NCBI GenBank assembly: GCA_041640655.1
Contig: JBEPZV010000037.1
Location: 1 to 22,655, forward strand
Direction of reading: 5' to 3'
From: a bacterium
GTDB lineage: Bacteria > Acidobacteriota > Blastocatellia > HR10
Length of the DNA stretch: 22,655 nt
Shown in pieces: positions 1 to 7,068 of this stretch; position 1 is the first letter of the stretch; every line of letters begins with the position of its first letter. The translations under genes were made by a program, and so were the position numbers. Below the pieces are notes generated by a model that saw only the letters and a program-made list of their open reading frames with translations, had not been told where the DNA came from and did no database searches.

Positions 1-65
1 TCCCCCCCAAGCGCATGCCCTATTTCAAGCCGGGGAAGGAGCTGAAGGAGCTGATCAATCAGTAG
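1..65 (+). CDS. 3' end of integration host factor / HU family DNA-binding protein (partial)
   Basis: Frame from nt 3 reads PPKRMPYFKPGKELKELINQ* (TAG 63-65), the typical P.FKPGKELKE C-terminus of IHF-beta/HU proteins. Not in the ORF track. Confidence 0.88.
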   Translation, partial: PPKRMPYFKPGKELKELINQ

Positions 66-66
66 C

Positions 67-558
67 ATGGATTTCCTCTGGAGTCCATGGCGGTTCCGGT
101 ACGTCTCGAGCGCCGAGGAGCAGCAGGCGTGTGTCTTTTGCGAGGCTCCTCGGCTGGATGATGAGCGGGCGTTAATCCTCTATCGCGGGCGGGAGAACTT
201 CATCATCCTGAACCTCTACCCTTACACGACGGGCCATCTGATGATCGCTCCCTATGCGCATTTGGCCTCCTTTGCGGAAGCCCCCAAGAGCATCACTGAT
301 GAGATGACCGATCTGGCCAAGTACTGCTGCAAGGTGCTCATGGAGGTCTACCGCCCGCATGGGTTGAATCTCGGGATGAACCTGGGGCGAGCTGCGGGAG
401 CGGGCATCGCCGACCATTTTCACCTGCACGTGCTGCCCCGATGGTTCGGCGATACGAACTTCACGACCGTCATCGCGGAGACGCGCGTTCTCCCTGAGGA
501 TCTGGAGACGACGTATCGCAAGCTGAAAGGGCACTTTGTGGATGTCCCGTTCCGATGA
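67..558 (+). CDS. HIT family hydrolase (Ap4A phosphorylase/Fhit-like)
   Basis: Histidine triad HFHLHVLPRW, N-terminal LWSPWR and CVFC, NLYPYTTGHLM motif. Starts 1 nt after the IHF stop. Confidence 0.92.
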   Translation: MDFLWSPWRFRYVSSAEEQQACVFCEAPRLDDERALILYRGRENFIILNLYPYTTGHLMIAPYAHLASFAEAPKSITDEMTDLAKYCCKVLMEVYRPHGLNLGMNLGRAAGAGIADHFHLHVLPRWFGDTNFTTVIAETRVLPEDLETTYRKLKGHFVDVPFR

Positions 559-602
559 GGCGCGCCTCGATAGCGTTCCTCCCGGGGGAGGAGGCGTGGT
601 GT

Positions 603-1640
603 ATGATCCGCATCCTTCATGCGATCTTCGCGATCCTCATGCTCGGCGGGGGGGCGTGGGCTCAGCAGGGAGAGTCAGGGCGTCCGGCACCCGGCAGCGC
701 GCTTCATCAGGTGCGAGGTCGGGTTTATCTCCCCACAGGGGCTCCCGTGGAGGAGCGGATGCGCGTGACCCTGCGCACGTTCGCGCAGAACGTCGTGAGC
801 GAGACCTTCACGGATTCGCTGGGGAACTTCGAGTTCCGCGCCGTCCCCAACGGGACCTATGAGATTGTCGTCTGGGGGAACGACCGATACGAGACCGAAG
901 TCGAGCGCATCGAGGTCTTCGGTCGAATCGCACGCGTCTTCACGCAGAACGTCTTCCTGCGGGAGAAGGAGCGGGAGGGCGTCACGCCGCGCGCCGGTGG
1001 GACGATCTCCCTCGCGCGGTTGAGCGAGGCGATCCCGAAAGAGGCGCGAAAGGAATATGAGAAGGGGGCGAAGGCGTCGCGCAAGGGAAATCCGCAGAAG
1101 GCGATCTCGCACTTTCAGCGGGCGCTCGCGCTGCACCCGCGCTATGTCCAGGCGCTCAACGATCTCGGCGTCCAATATCTCCGCCTGAACCAGCTCGCGG
1201 AAGCGCGCGCTGCTTTCCAGAGGGCGATCGAGGTGGATCCGCAGACCCCGCATCCGCATGTGAACCTGGGATTTCTGCATTTGCTCCAGAGGGAGCCGGA
1301 GGCCGCGCTGACGTCGCTGCGGCAGGCCGTGACGCTCGATCCGACCAATTGGTCCGCGCGCATGCTCCACGGGATCGCGCTCATGCAGACGGGGGACCTG
1401 GAGCGCGCGCAGGCGGAGTTGGAGCGAGCCATCTCTCTGGGCCCGCCTCCGACATCTTCGATCGCGCGCCTGCACCTGGCGAACCTCTTCCTGCGACGGG
1501 GAGAATACGCGCGCGCGTTGGAGCAATCGGAGAAATATCTCGAGGAAGTCCCGAACGCGACTAATGCGGCTGAGGTTCGCGAGCGGGTGAGGAGATTGCG
1601 CGAGCTCATTCGCGCGCAGGAGCGCCCGCCCCATCCCTGA
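603..1640 (+). CDS. Secreted protein with carboxypeptidase-regulatory-like beta domain and C-terminal TPR repeats
   Basis: ATG 603 follows GAGGAGG. Signal peptide MIRILHAIFAILMLGGGAWA, then TDSLGNFEF..VPNGTYEIVV, then several TPR helices (ALNDLGVQYL, HVNLGFLHL). Confidence 0.85.
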   Translation: MIRILHAIFAILMLGGGAWAQQGESGRPAPGSALHQVRGRVYLPTGAPVEERMRVTLRTFAQNVVSETFTDSLGNFEFRAVPNGTYEIVVWGNDRYETEVERIEVFGRIARVFTQNVFLREKEREGVTPRAGGTISLARLSEAIPKEARKEYEKGAKASRKGNPQKAISHFQRALALHPRYVQALNDLGVQYLRLNQLAEARAAFQRAIEVDPQTPHPHVNLGFLHLLQREPEAALTSLRQAVTLDPTNWSARMLHGIALMQTGDLERAQAELERAISLGPPPTSSIARLHLANLFLRRGEYARALEQSEKYLEEVPNATNAAEVRERVRRLRELIRAQERPPHP

Positions 1641-1681
1641 GCGCCGCGGAGCGTCGCGAAGATCGGCGGCGAGCTTCCGAC

Positions 1682-2254
1682 CTAGGAGAGGTGCCTTCGA
1701 CGACGGGAGGTCTCCGCCTGCTGGCGGAGGATGTGACGGATGCGCTCGCGCATCTCCGAGACGAAGGGATCATCCGGCGCGAGGCGTCGCAGTTGATTGA
1801 GGTAATAGAGCGCATTCGCATTCTCCGGGGCGACGTAGTCTCCGCGTCGAAGCGCTTCCTCCACAAGGCGCTTGAGTTGCCGGATGCGCTCCTGCCGATC
1901 GCCGGAGGCCTCCGGGGGGATCGCGGGCTCCAGGGCGAAATCGTAGTTGGCCTCTGGTTCTGAAGGATCGGCGAAGATCTCGCGCTCGATCGGCCGATAC
2001 CCCTCCTTGCGGATGACCACGTGATGTGTCCCGGCCGTCAGTTCGACCACCAGCGGCGTCTGTCCGATCCGTCGGCCATCAATGAAGACGGTCGCCTTCG
2101 GGGGATCGGTCGCGATGTTGATGAGGCCCGAAGCGCGCTCGCGCGTCACCAACAGCGTGGCCGTCGCGCCGAGAAATACGGCCACACTGCCGATGAGCGC
2201 GGCGCGCCATCGCACTCCCGCGAGCACTCTCCACGTCGTTCGGTCACCGCTCAT
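1682..2254 (-). CDS. Membrane-anchored PEGA domain protein
   Basis: N-terminal hydrophobic segment, PEGA signature TDPPKATVFIDGRRIGQTPL...GTHHVVIRKEGY, helical C-terminus. Confidence 0.85.
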   Translation of the reverse strand: MSGDRTTWRVLAGVRWRAALIGSVAVFLGATATLLVTRERASGLINIATDPPKATVFIDGRRIGQTPLVVELTAGTHHVVIRKEGYRPIEREIFADPSEPEANYDFALEPAIPPEASGDRQERIRQLKRLVEEALRRGDYVAPENANALYYLNQLRRLAPDDPFVSEMRERIRHILRQQAETSRRRRHLS

Positions 2255-2275
2255 AACCCTCTATCGAGCGGAGAA

Positions 2276-2305
2276 AATATACCCAAACCCCTCGTCCGCG
2301 GACAA
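2276..2305 (-). promoter_or_regulatory. Possible sigma70-like promoter for the PEGA gene
   Basis: Minus strand TTGTCC-18 nt-TATATT about 20 nt upstream of ATG 2254. Confidence 0.4.
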
Positions 2306-2370
2306 GCCCGGTGCTGAACTGCAGGACGCGATCCGGTGGCAGGGATCGTCACCTCGCGTGGGCGAGCGCC

Positions 2371-2392
2371 TCAGGGAGGCTGCGCTCTCGCC
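2371..2392. other. Imperfect GC-rich hairpin just downstream of the tlpA-like gene
   Basis: Arms ggcgag/ctcgcc and gcctc/gaggc in ggcgagcgcctcagggaggctgcgctctcgcc (motif spans about 2361-2392). No U tract. Confidence 0.35.
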
Positions 2393-2397
2393 TCCGT

Positions 2398-3012
2398 TCA
2401 CTCCGCTAACAGCCGAGCGATCGTGCGCCGCAGCCGCCGGGCGTCACTCACCGGATCGTATCCCACCAGATGATCGCGCAGCTTCCCCTCGCGGTCGAAG
2501 ACGAAGGTCTGCGGGATCGGGTGATCGCCCGGTCCGACGAAGGCTTCGAACATGCCCTCGGGGGCGAAGCTGATGGGATAGTTGACGCCGAATTCTCGGA
2601 CGAATTGCCGGACGGCATCGGCATCGCGCTCCGGGTCTTCGATGGTGAGTCCCAAAATCTCCAGTCCCCGATCGCCATGCTCGTTCTTCAAGTCCACGAG
2701 CACCGGGATCTCGTCACGACAAGGGGGACACCACGTCGCCCAGAAATCAATGATGAGGACTCGACCGCGAAGGTCCGAGAGGGCGATCTCGCGACCATCG
2801 AGTGTGCGGATGCGGAAATCAGAAGCGCGCCGATGACCCTCCGGTGCCCAAGGGAGGCCATCAATGGCGGCCGTCGAAGGGCGGGCTCCGCCTCGGAAGA
2901 AGATCGCGTAGACGGCCCATGCCGCCACCATCCCCGCGATCACCAGCAGCGCCGTCAGACGCGCCGAGGCGGATCGAACCGAACGATCAGGCGTTCGCTT
3001 CGCCGTCACCAT
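2398..3012 (-). CDS. TlpA/ResA family thiol-disulfide oxidoreductase
   Basis: [16 protein letters not shown] active site, N-terminal TM anchor, [11 protein letters not shown] cis-Pro loop. ATG 3012 follows GAGGA. Confidence 0.9.
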   Translation of the reverse strand: MVTAKRTPDRSVRSASARLTALLVIAGMVAAWAVYAIFFRGGARPSTAAIDGLPWAPEGHRRASDFRIRTLDGREIALSDLRGRVLIIDFWATWCPPCRDEIPVLVDLKNEHGDRGLEILGLTIEDPERDADAVRQFVREFGVNYPISFAPEGMFEAFVGPGDHPIPQTFVFDREGKLRDHLVGYDPVSDARRLRRTIARLLAE

Positions 3013-3208
3013 GTTCGTCCTCGTCGGTGGTGGACTCGGCATCCGAGCGGTTCTTCAAGGAGAGCGCGACTGAAGGACCGGCGATCCGGTAGGCTTCCGA
3101 AGCCCACATCCCCAGATCAATGAGCTTGCACCGTTCCGAGCAAAACGGGCGGTACGGATTCGATTCCCATGGGACGCGCTTCCCACATCGCGGGCATTTG
3201 ACCATCAT
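2987..3208 (-). CDS. yacG: DNA gyrase inhibitor YacG
   Basis: KCPRCGK...[26 protein letters not shown] is the YacG zinc-finger signature, followed by an acidic tail. Start at ATG 3208 or 3205. Confidence 0.93.
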   Translation of the reverse strand: MMVKCPRCGKRVPWESNPYRPFCSERCKLIDLGMWASEAYRIAGPSVALSLKNRSDAESTTDEDEHGDGEANA

Positions 3209-3215
3209 ACGGGGA

Positions 3216-3243
3216 ATGATACACAAAATCGCGCCAGCGTCAA
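3216..3243 (-). promoter_or_regulatory. Sigma70-like promoter of yacG, probably leaderless
   Basis: Minus strand TTGACG-16 nt-TATCAT, then 7 nt to ATG 3208. No SD visible. Confidence 0.6.
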
Positions 3244-3269
3244 CGCGGTTGGGAGGCGCAAATGCACAT

Positions 3270-3298
3270 TTGCTAATCTCGGACGTGTTCGATATACT
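3270..3298 (+). promoter_or_regulatory. Sigma70-like promoter of the PPOX-class gene
   Basis: TTGCTA (3270-3275)-17 nt-TATACT (3293-3298). Confidence 0.65.
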
Positions 3299-3333
3299 GA
3301 TTCGCTTCGCCGTCGAAGCTCGAGGTCAGGAGG

Positions 3334-3741
3334 ATGACGGAGATGTCGGAGACGATCCCGAGCGCGTATCTCGACCTCTTCGAGAAGCGAGCGTTCGCGG
3401 TCTTGGCGACGCTCATGCCTGACGGTTCCCCGCAGGTGACGCCCGTGTGGTGCGACTTCGATGGGGCGCACGTGCTCGTGAACTCGGCGCGCGGGCGCGT
3501 GAAGGATCGCAACATGCGGCGCGATCCGCGCGTCGCGCTTGTGATCCTGGACCCCGACAATCCGTATCGCTACCTGGAGGTTCGGGGGCGCGTCGTTGAG
3601 ATCACCGAGGATGGGGCGGAGGCGCACATTGATCGGCTCGCGCAGAAGTATTTGGGCGTGGAGAGGTATCCGTATCGCCAGCCGGGAGAGGTCCGCGTCC
3701 TCTATAAGATCCGGCCGGAGCGGGTCTCCGGATTGAGCTGA
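3334..3741 (+). CDS. PPOX-class (pyridoxamine 5'-phosphate oxidase-like, putatively F420-dependent) oxidoreductase
   Basis: AVLATLMPDGSPQVTPVW, K..NMRRDPRVAL...DNPYRYLEVRG motifs. AGGAGG SD fits ATG 3343 better than 3334. Confidence 0.9.
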   Translation: MTEMSETIPSAYLDLFEKRAFAVLATLMPDGSPQVTPVWCDFDGAHVLVNSARGRVKDRNMRRDPRVALVILDPDNPYRYLEVRGRVVEITEDGAEAHIDRLAQKYLGVERYPYRQPGEVRVLYKIRPERVSGLS

Positions 3742-3799
3742 GAACGTCCCGATCGGCTGGCGCGCCGTCTCCGCTGCGCCCAGATGTGGGCGTGAAGAA

Positions 3800-3828
3800 T
3801 TGTCAGGACGCGCGCGTCGGTCTATAAT
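3800..3828 (+). promoter_or_regulatory. Near-consensus sigma70 promoter of the Zn-finger-like gene
   Basis: TTGTCA (3800-3805)-17 nt-TATAAT (3823-3828). Confidence 0.8.
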
Positions 3829-3913
3829 GGAGCCTGGTGTTGTTCTCGGTGTCCGGTCGAAGGACTGGACGTCCCTGAGTTCAATATCCCGAGAAGAGGC
3901 GTGAGGAGTGAGT

Positions 3914-4303
3914 ATGAGCGAAAGGCAGAAGCGTCTGGAGGATGAGTGGCTGCACGCCGTTCGACGCTCGCGGGACTTCCCGAAGCCGAACCTGCTGACC
4001 GTTCGCGAAGTCTTCCGATGCGCGATCTGCGGCGCCGTTGTCCCGGTGGAGATTGGCATCCCTGTTGACAGTGAGTGCCCGAAGTGTCATGCGGATCTGC
4101 ACACGTGCAAGAATTGCCTCCACTTTGATCCGCGGAGTCGGTTCGAATGCACCGAGCCGATCCCGGCGCGCATCCCGCGGAAGGATGTTCGGAACGCGTG
4201 CGAGTTCTTCGAGCCGCGAAGAGTCGTGGAGCGGGAGACGACCACCTCGCCCATGCAGATTCAGGACCCGCGTGCGGCCTTCGATCGGTTGTTCAAGAAG
4301 TGA
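3914..4303 (+). CDS. Cys-rich putative zinc-binding protein of unknown function
   Basis: CAIC...CPKC...HTCKNCLHFD...C...C pattern, C-terminal AAFDRLFKK. GAGGAG SD 5 nt before ATG 3914 and a clear promoter. Confidence 0.8.
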   Translation: MSERQKRLEDEWLHAVRRSRDFPKPNLLTVREVFRCAICGAVVPVEIGIPVDSECPKCHADLHTCKNCLHFDPRSRFECTEPIPARIPRKDVRNACEFFEPRRVVERETTTSPMQIQDPRAAFDRLFKK

Positions 4304-4322
4304 ACGTGAGCACCCGATCTCC

Positions 4323-4348
4323 GGGAGGCGGGGGAGCGCCTCCCATTT
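4323..4348 (+). terminator. Possible weak intrinsic terminator / hairpin
   Basis: 8-bp stem gggaggcg (4323-4330)/cgcctccc (4337-4344) followed only by ATTT, about 20 nt after the stop at 4303. Confidence 0.4.
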
Positions 4349-4423
4349 CCGGCGGAGTGAAGGGAGCTGCTCCGTCCCGGGCATTCCTCAGGCGTGCTCT
4401 TCCCATGCGGTTGAGGGAGACCG

Positions 4424-5089
4424 GTGCGCGTCTTGATCGTGGAAGATGAGCCGAAGATGGCCGAGGCCCTCCGGCGTGGTTTGGAGGAGGAGGGGTATCT
4501 CGTGGAGATCGCGTCCGATGGAGAGGTGGGCCTCCGTCTGGGAAGCGAACGGCGGTACGATCTCCTCATCCTCGATATTCGTCTCCCCAAGCGAGATGGA
4601 ATCTGGGTGTGTCGGGAGTTGCGCCGACGCGGCGTGCCGACGCCGATTCTCATGCTGACGGTTCGGGACGATGTGAGGGCGAAGGTCGAAGCCTTCGAGA
4701 GTGGGGCCGATGATTATCTCACCAAGCCCTTCGCCTTCGCTGAACTGTTGGCGCGTCTGCGGGCGCTCCTGCGCCGTCGGGAGCATGTGGATTTGCGGCT
4801 GCAGGTCGGCGATCTCATCTTGGATCCGGTGACGCGGCGCGTCACGCGCGCCGGTCGGGAGATCGCCCTGACGCCCAAGGAATTCGCCCTGCTCGAATGC
4901 CTCATGCGCCATCCGAATCAGGTCCTCACGCGCGCCATGTTGGCACAGGAGGCGTGGGGGGAGACCTTCGACGCGCTGACCAACGTCGTGGACGTGTACA
5001 TCAACGCCCTGCGCAACAAACTCGATCGCCCGTTCGCGCGTCGGCTCATTCACACCGTCCGCGGCGTTGGATATGTGCTGCGCGAATAG
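4424..5089 (+). CDS. OmpR/PhoB family response regulator (CusR/CzcR-like)
   Basis: VLIVEDE, LLILDIRLP (phospho-Asp), GADDYLTKPF, winged helix LTPKEFALLE...NVVDVYI...IHTVRGVGY. Confidence 0.95.
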   Translation: MRVLIVEDEPKMAEALRRGLEEEGYLVEIASDGEVGLRLGSERRYDLLILDIRLPKRDGIWVCRELRRRGVPTPILMLTVRDDVRAKVEAFESGADDYLTKPFAFAELLARLRALLRRREHVDLRLQVGDLILDPVTRRVTRAGREIALTPKEFALLECLMRHPNQVLTRAMLAQEAWGETFDALTNVVDVYINALRNKLDRPFARRLIHTVRGVGYVLRE

Positions 5090-5091
5090 CG

Positions 5092-6288
5092 TCAGAGGAG
5101 CGTCAGGATGGGCACGATCTCCGTCTGGATTGGGCGCGCCGTCACGATCACATCCTCATCCCCCACGTAGACATCCACCTCGCTGCGCACGCCGAATTCG
5201 CCTTCGAGATACACGCCCGGCTCGATGGAGAAGCACGTGTGCGGGAGGATGCGGCGATTGTCGCGCGTCTCCAGGTTATCAATGTTGGCGCCGTTGCCGT
5301 GCACGTCCTCCCCGATGGAGTGGCCGGTTCGATGAATGAAGAAGTCGCCCAATCCGGCGCGCCGGATCACCTCGCGCGCGACGTCATCCACCTCCCATCC
5401 GTGAATGGGGCGCTGCGTCCGCACGGCCTCGCGCACGAACGCGATGGCGCGATCGCGGGCCTCGCGCACGACGTGGAAGACGCGCGCGTAGCGATCGGGC
5501 ACGACATCGCCGACGAATCCCGTCCAAGTGATGTCCACGTAGACGGCGCGGGGGACATCGCGCAACTTCGCCCAGAGGTCAATGAGGACGAACGTCCCTT
5601 CGCGGATCGGCCAAGCCGAATCCGGCGTCGGGCTGTAGTGCGGGTTCGCCGAATGTGCGTCTGCGGCGACGATGGGCGGATGGTCGGTCACGAGCCCCTC
5701 GCGCTCGAAGCACTGGAGGATGAATTGCTGGAGGCGATACTCATCGGTCTGGCGCCCAGAGGCGACACATCGGGCGATCTCGGTGAAGGTCTCGTCCACG
5801 ATCCGGCGCATCTTCGGTTCCGCCTCAAGGTGCGTCTGCAATTGCTCCGGACTCCAGACGGCCTCGAAGTGCTGCACGAGATCGGCCGAGGAGACGATCT
5901 CGACGCCGAAGCGGCGGAGCAGCTCAATGGTCCCGGCGTCCACACGCGAGATGTACGGGATGTCGTTGTTCGGGGAGTACTGCATGGCGATGCGCCGGCG
6001 CCCGCGCAGCACGCGCTGCAGGTGTTCGTGCAGCTGCGACCACGGGAGGTAGATGAGCTTTGCTCCCGGAAGGGCGTCCAACTGCTCCGACTCAATGATG
6101 TGAACGATCTTCACGGGTTCGCCGTCGGCTGGGATGAAGTAGAACCATCGGCGCGTCCCCAGGCGCCGCTCGTCGAGTTTCAGGATGCGATACGCTATGG
6201 GATCCGAGTGGCGGAAATCGTAGAAGAGCCATCCGTCCACATCGGCTTCTCGCAGAGCGGTTTGAATGCGAGCGATCGTCTCGTTCAT
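5092..6288 (-). CDS. M24 family (Xaa-Pro) metallopeptidase
   Basis: Metal ligands in LIDLW, YVDITWT, HRTGHSIG, FSIEPGVY, GVRSE. ATG 6288 follows GGGAGG. Confidence 0.92.
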   Translation of the reverse strand: MNETIARIQTALREADVDGWLFYDFRHSDPIAYRILKLDERRLGTRRWFYFIPADGEPVKIVHIIESEQLDALPGAKLIYLPWSQLHEHLQRVLRGRRRIAMQYSPNNDIPYISRVDAGTIELLRRFGVEIVSSADLVQHFEAVWSPEQLQTHLEAEPKMRRIVDETFTEIARCVASGRQTDEYRLQQFILQCFEREGLVTDHPPIVAADAHSANPHYSPTPDSAWPIREGTFVLIDLWAKLRDVPRAVYVDITWTGFVGDVVPDRYARVFHVVREARDRAIAFVREAVRTQRPIHGWEVDDVAREVIRRAGLGDFFIHRTGHSIGEDVHGNGANIDNLETRDNRRILPHTCFSIEPGVYLEGEFGVRSEVDVYVGDEDVIVTARPIQTEIVPILTLL

Positions 6289-6317
6289 AGGCGTCCTCCC
6301 AGCGCTCTGAACAGGGA

Positions 6318-6326
6318 AGCTTAGCA
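6318..6326 (-). promoter_or_regulatory. Possible extended -10 element for the M24 peptidase gene
   Basis: Minus strand TGcTAAGCT about 30 nt upstream of ATG 6288 in the 72-nt gap. Confidence 0.35.
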
Positions 6327-6360
6327 GAGCACGCGTCCACAGGCGAGCGGGCATCTCGGG

Positions 6361-7068
6361 TCAGGCCTTCCCCCTCTCGCGTGCGTAGGCGCAATCGGGA
6401 GCAAGGCAGCAGGCCTCGCAGCGCGGGTTTCGCGGACGGCAGACGTCGCGACCGAGGCGGATCAGGTTGATGTGAACAGCGTAGCAATGGCGGGCGGGGA
6501 TGAGGCGGCCGAGCTGCTCGTGCGCGCGTTCATCGGAACATCTCCGAGGGATCAGGCCGAGCCGCCCCGCCACGCGCCGGATGTGCGTGTCCACGGGGAA
6601 GACCGGTCGTCCGCAGGCGAAGAGCAAGACGCACGCGGCCGTCTTCGGGCCGACGCCGTCGAGCGAGCGGAGGAAGCGCAGCGCTTCGGCCATCGGCGCG
6701 CGCGTGAGGAAGGAGAGGTCGAGCGCACCCGTGCGCCGCTTGATCTCCTGCAGGACGTGCTTGATGCGCGCGGATTTGATCCGCGCCAGTCCTCCGACTC
6801 GAATCGTGGCCGCGATCTGCTGCGGCGAAGCGCGCCGAACAGCCTCCCACGTGGGGAAGCGCGCCTTCAGCTGTGCGAACGCGCGGTCGCGATTCCGATC
6901 GTTCGTGGATTGCGAGAGGATGGTCTCGATCAGCGTGTCCAGAGGATCGCGATCTCGGCGACGTCGAGGCCGGCCATATGTCGCCTCCAGGCGCTCGATG
7001 ATCCGTCGGATCACGTCCTCGGTCTCAGCCGGAGAGCGGTCGCCAAAGTCCGTCGAACGCGCGCTCAT
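6361..7068 (-). CDS. nth: Endonuclease III family HhH-GPD DNA glycosylase with [4Fe-4S] cluster
   Basis: ILSQST, Hh[10 protein letters not shown] (catalytic Lys), FPVDTHI (catalytic Asp), C-x6-C-x2-C-x5-C. True start ATG 7068 overlaps the bshA TGA (ATGA). Confidence 0.9.
   Translation of the reverse strand: MSARSTDFGDRSPAETEDVIRRIIERLEATYGRPRRRRDRDPLDTLIETILSQSTNDRNRDRAFAQLKARFPTWEAVRRASPQQIAATIRVGGLARIKSARIKHVLQEIKRRTGALDLSFLTRAPMAEALRFLRSLDGVGPKTAACVLLFACGRPVFPVDTHIRRVAGRLGLIPRRCSDERAHEQLGRLIPARHCYAVHINLIRLGRDVCRPRNPRCEACCLAPDCAYARERGKA

Noticed and set aside
4076..4090. CPKCH as a c-type heme motif
   Set aside because: No signal peptide, and the CxxC pairs with an upstream CAIC as a zinc ribbon.
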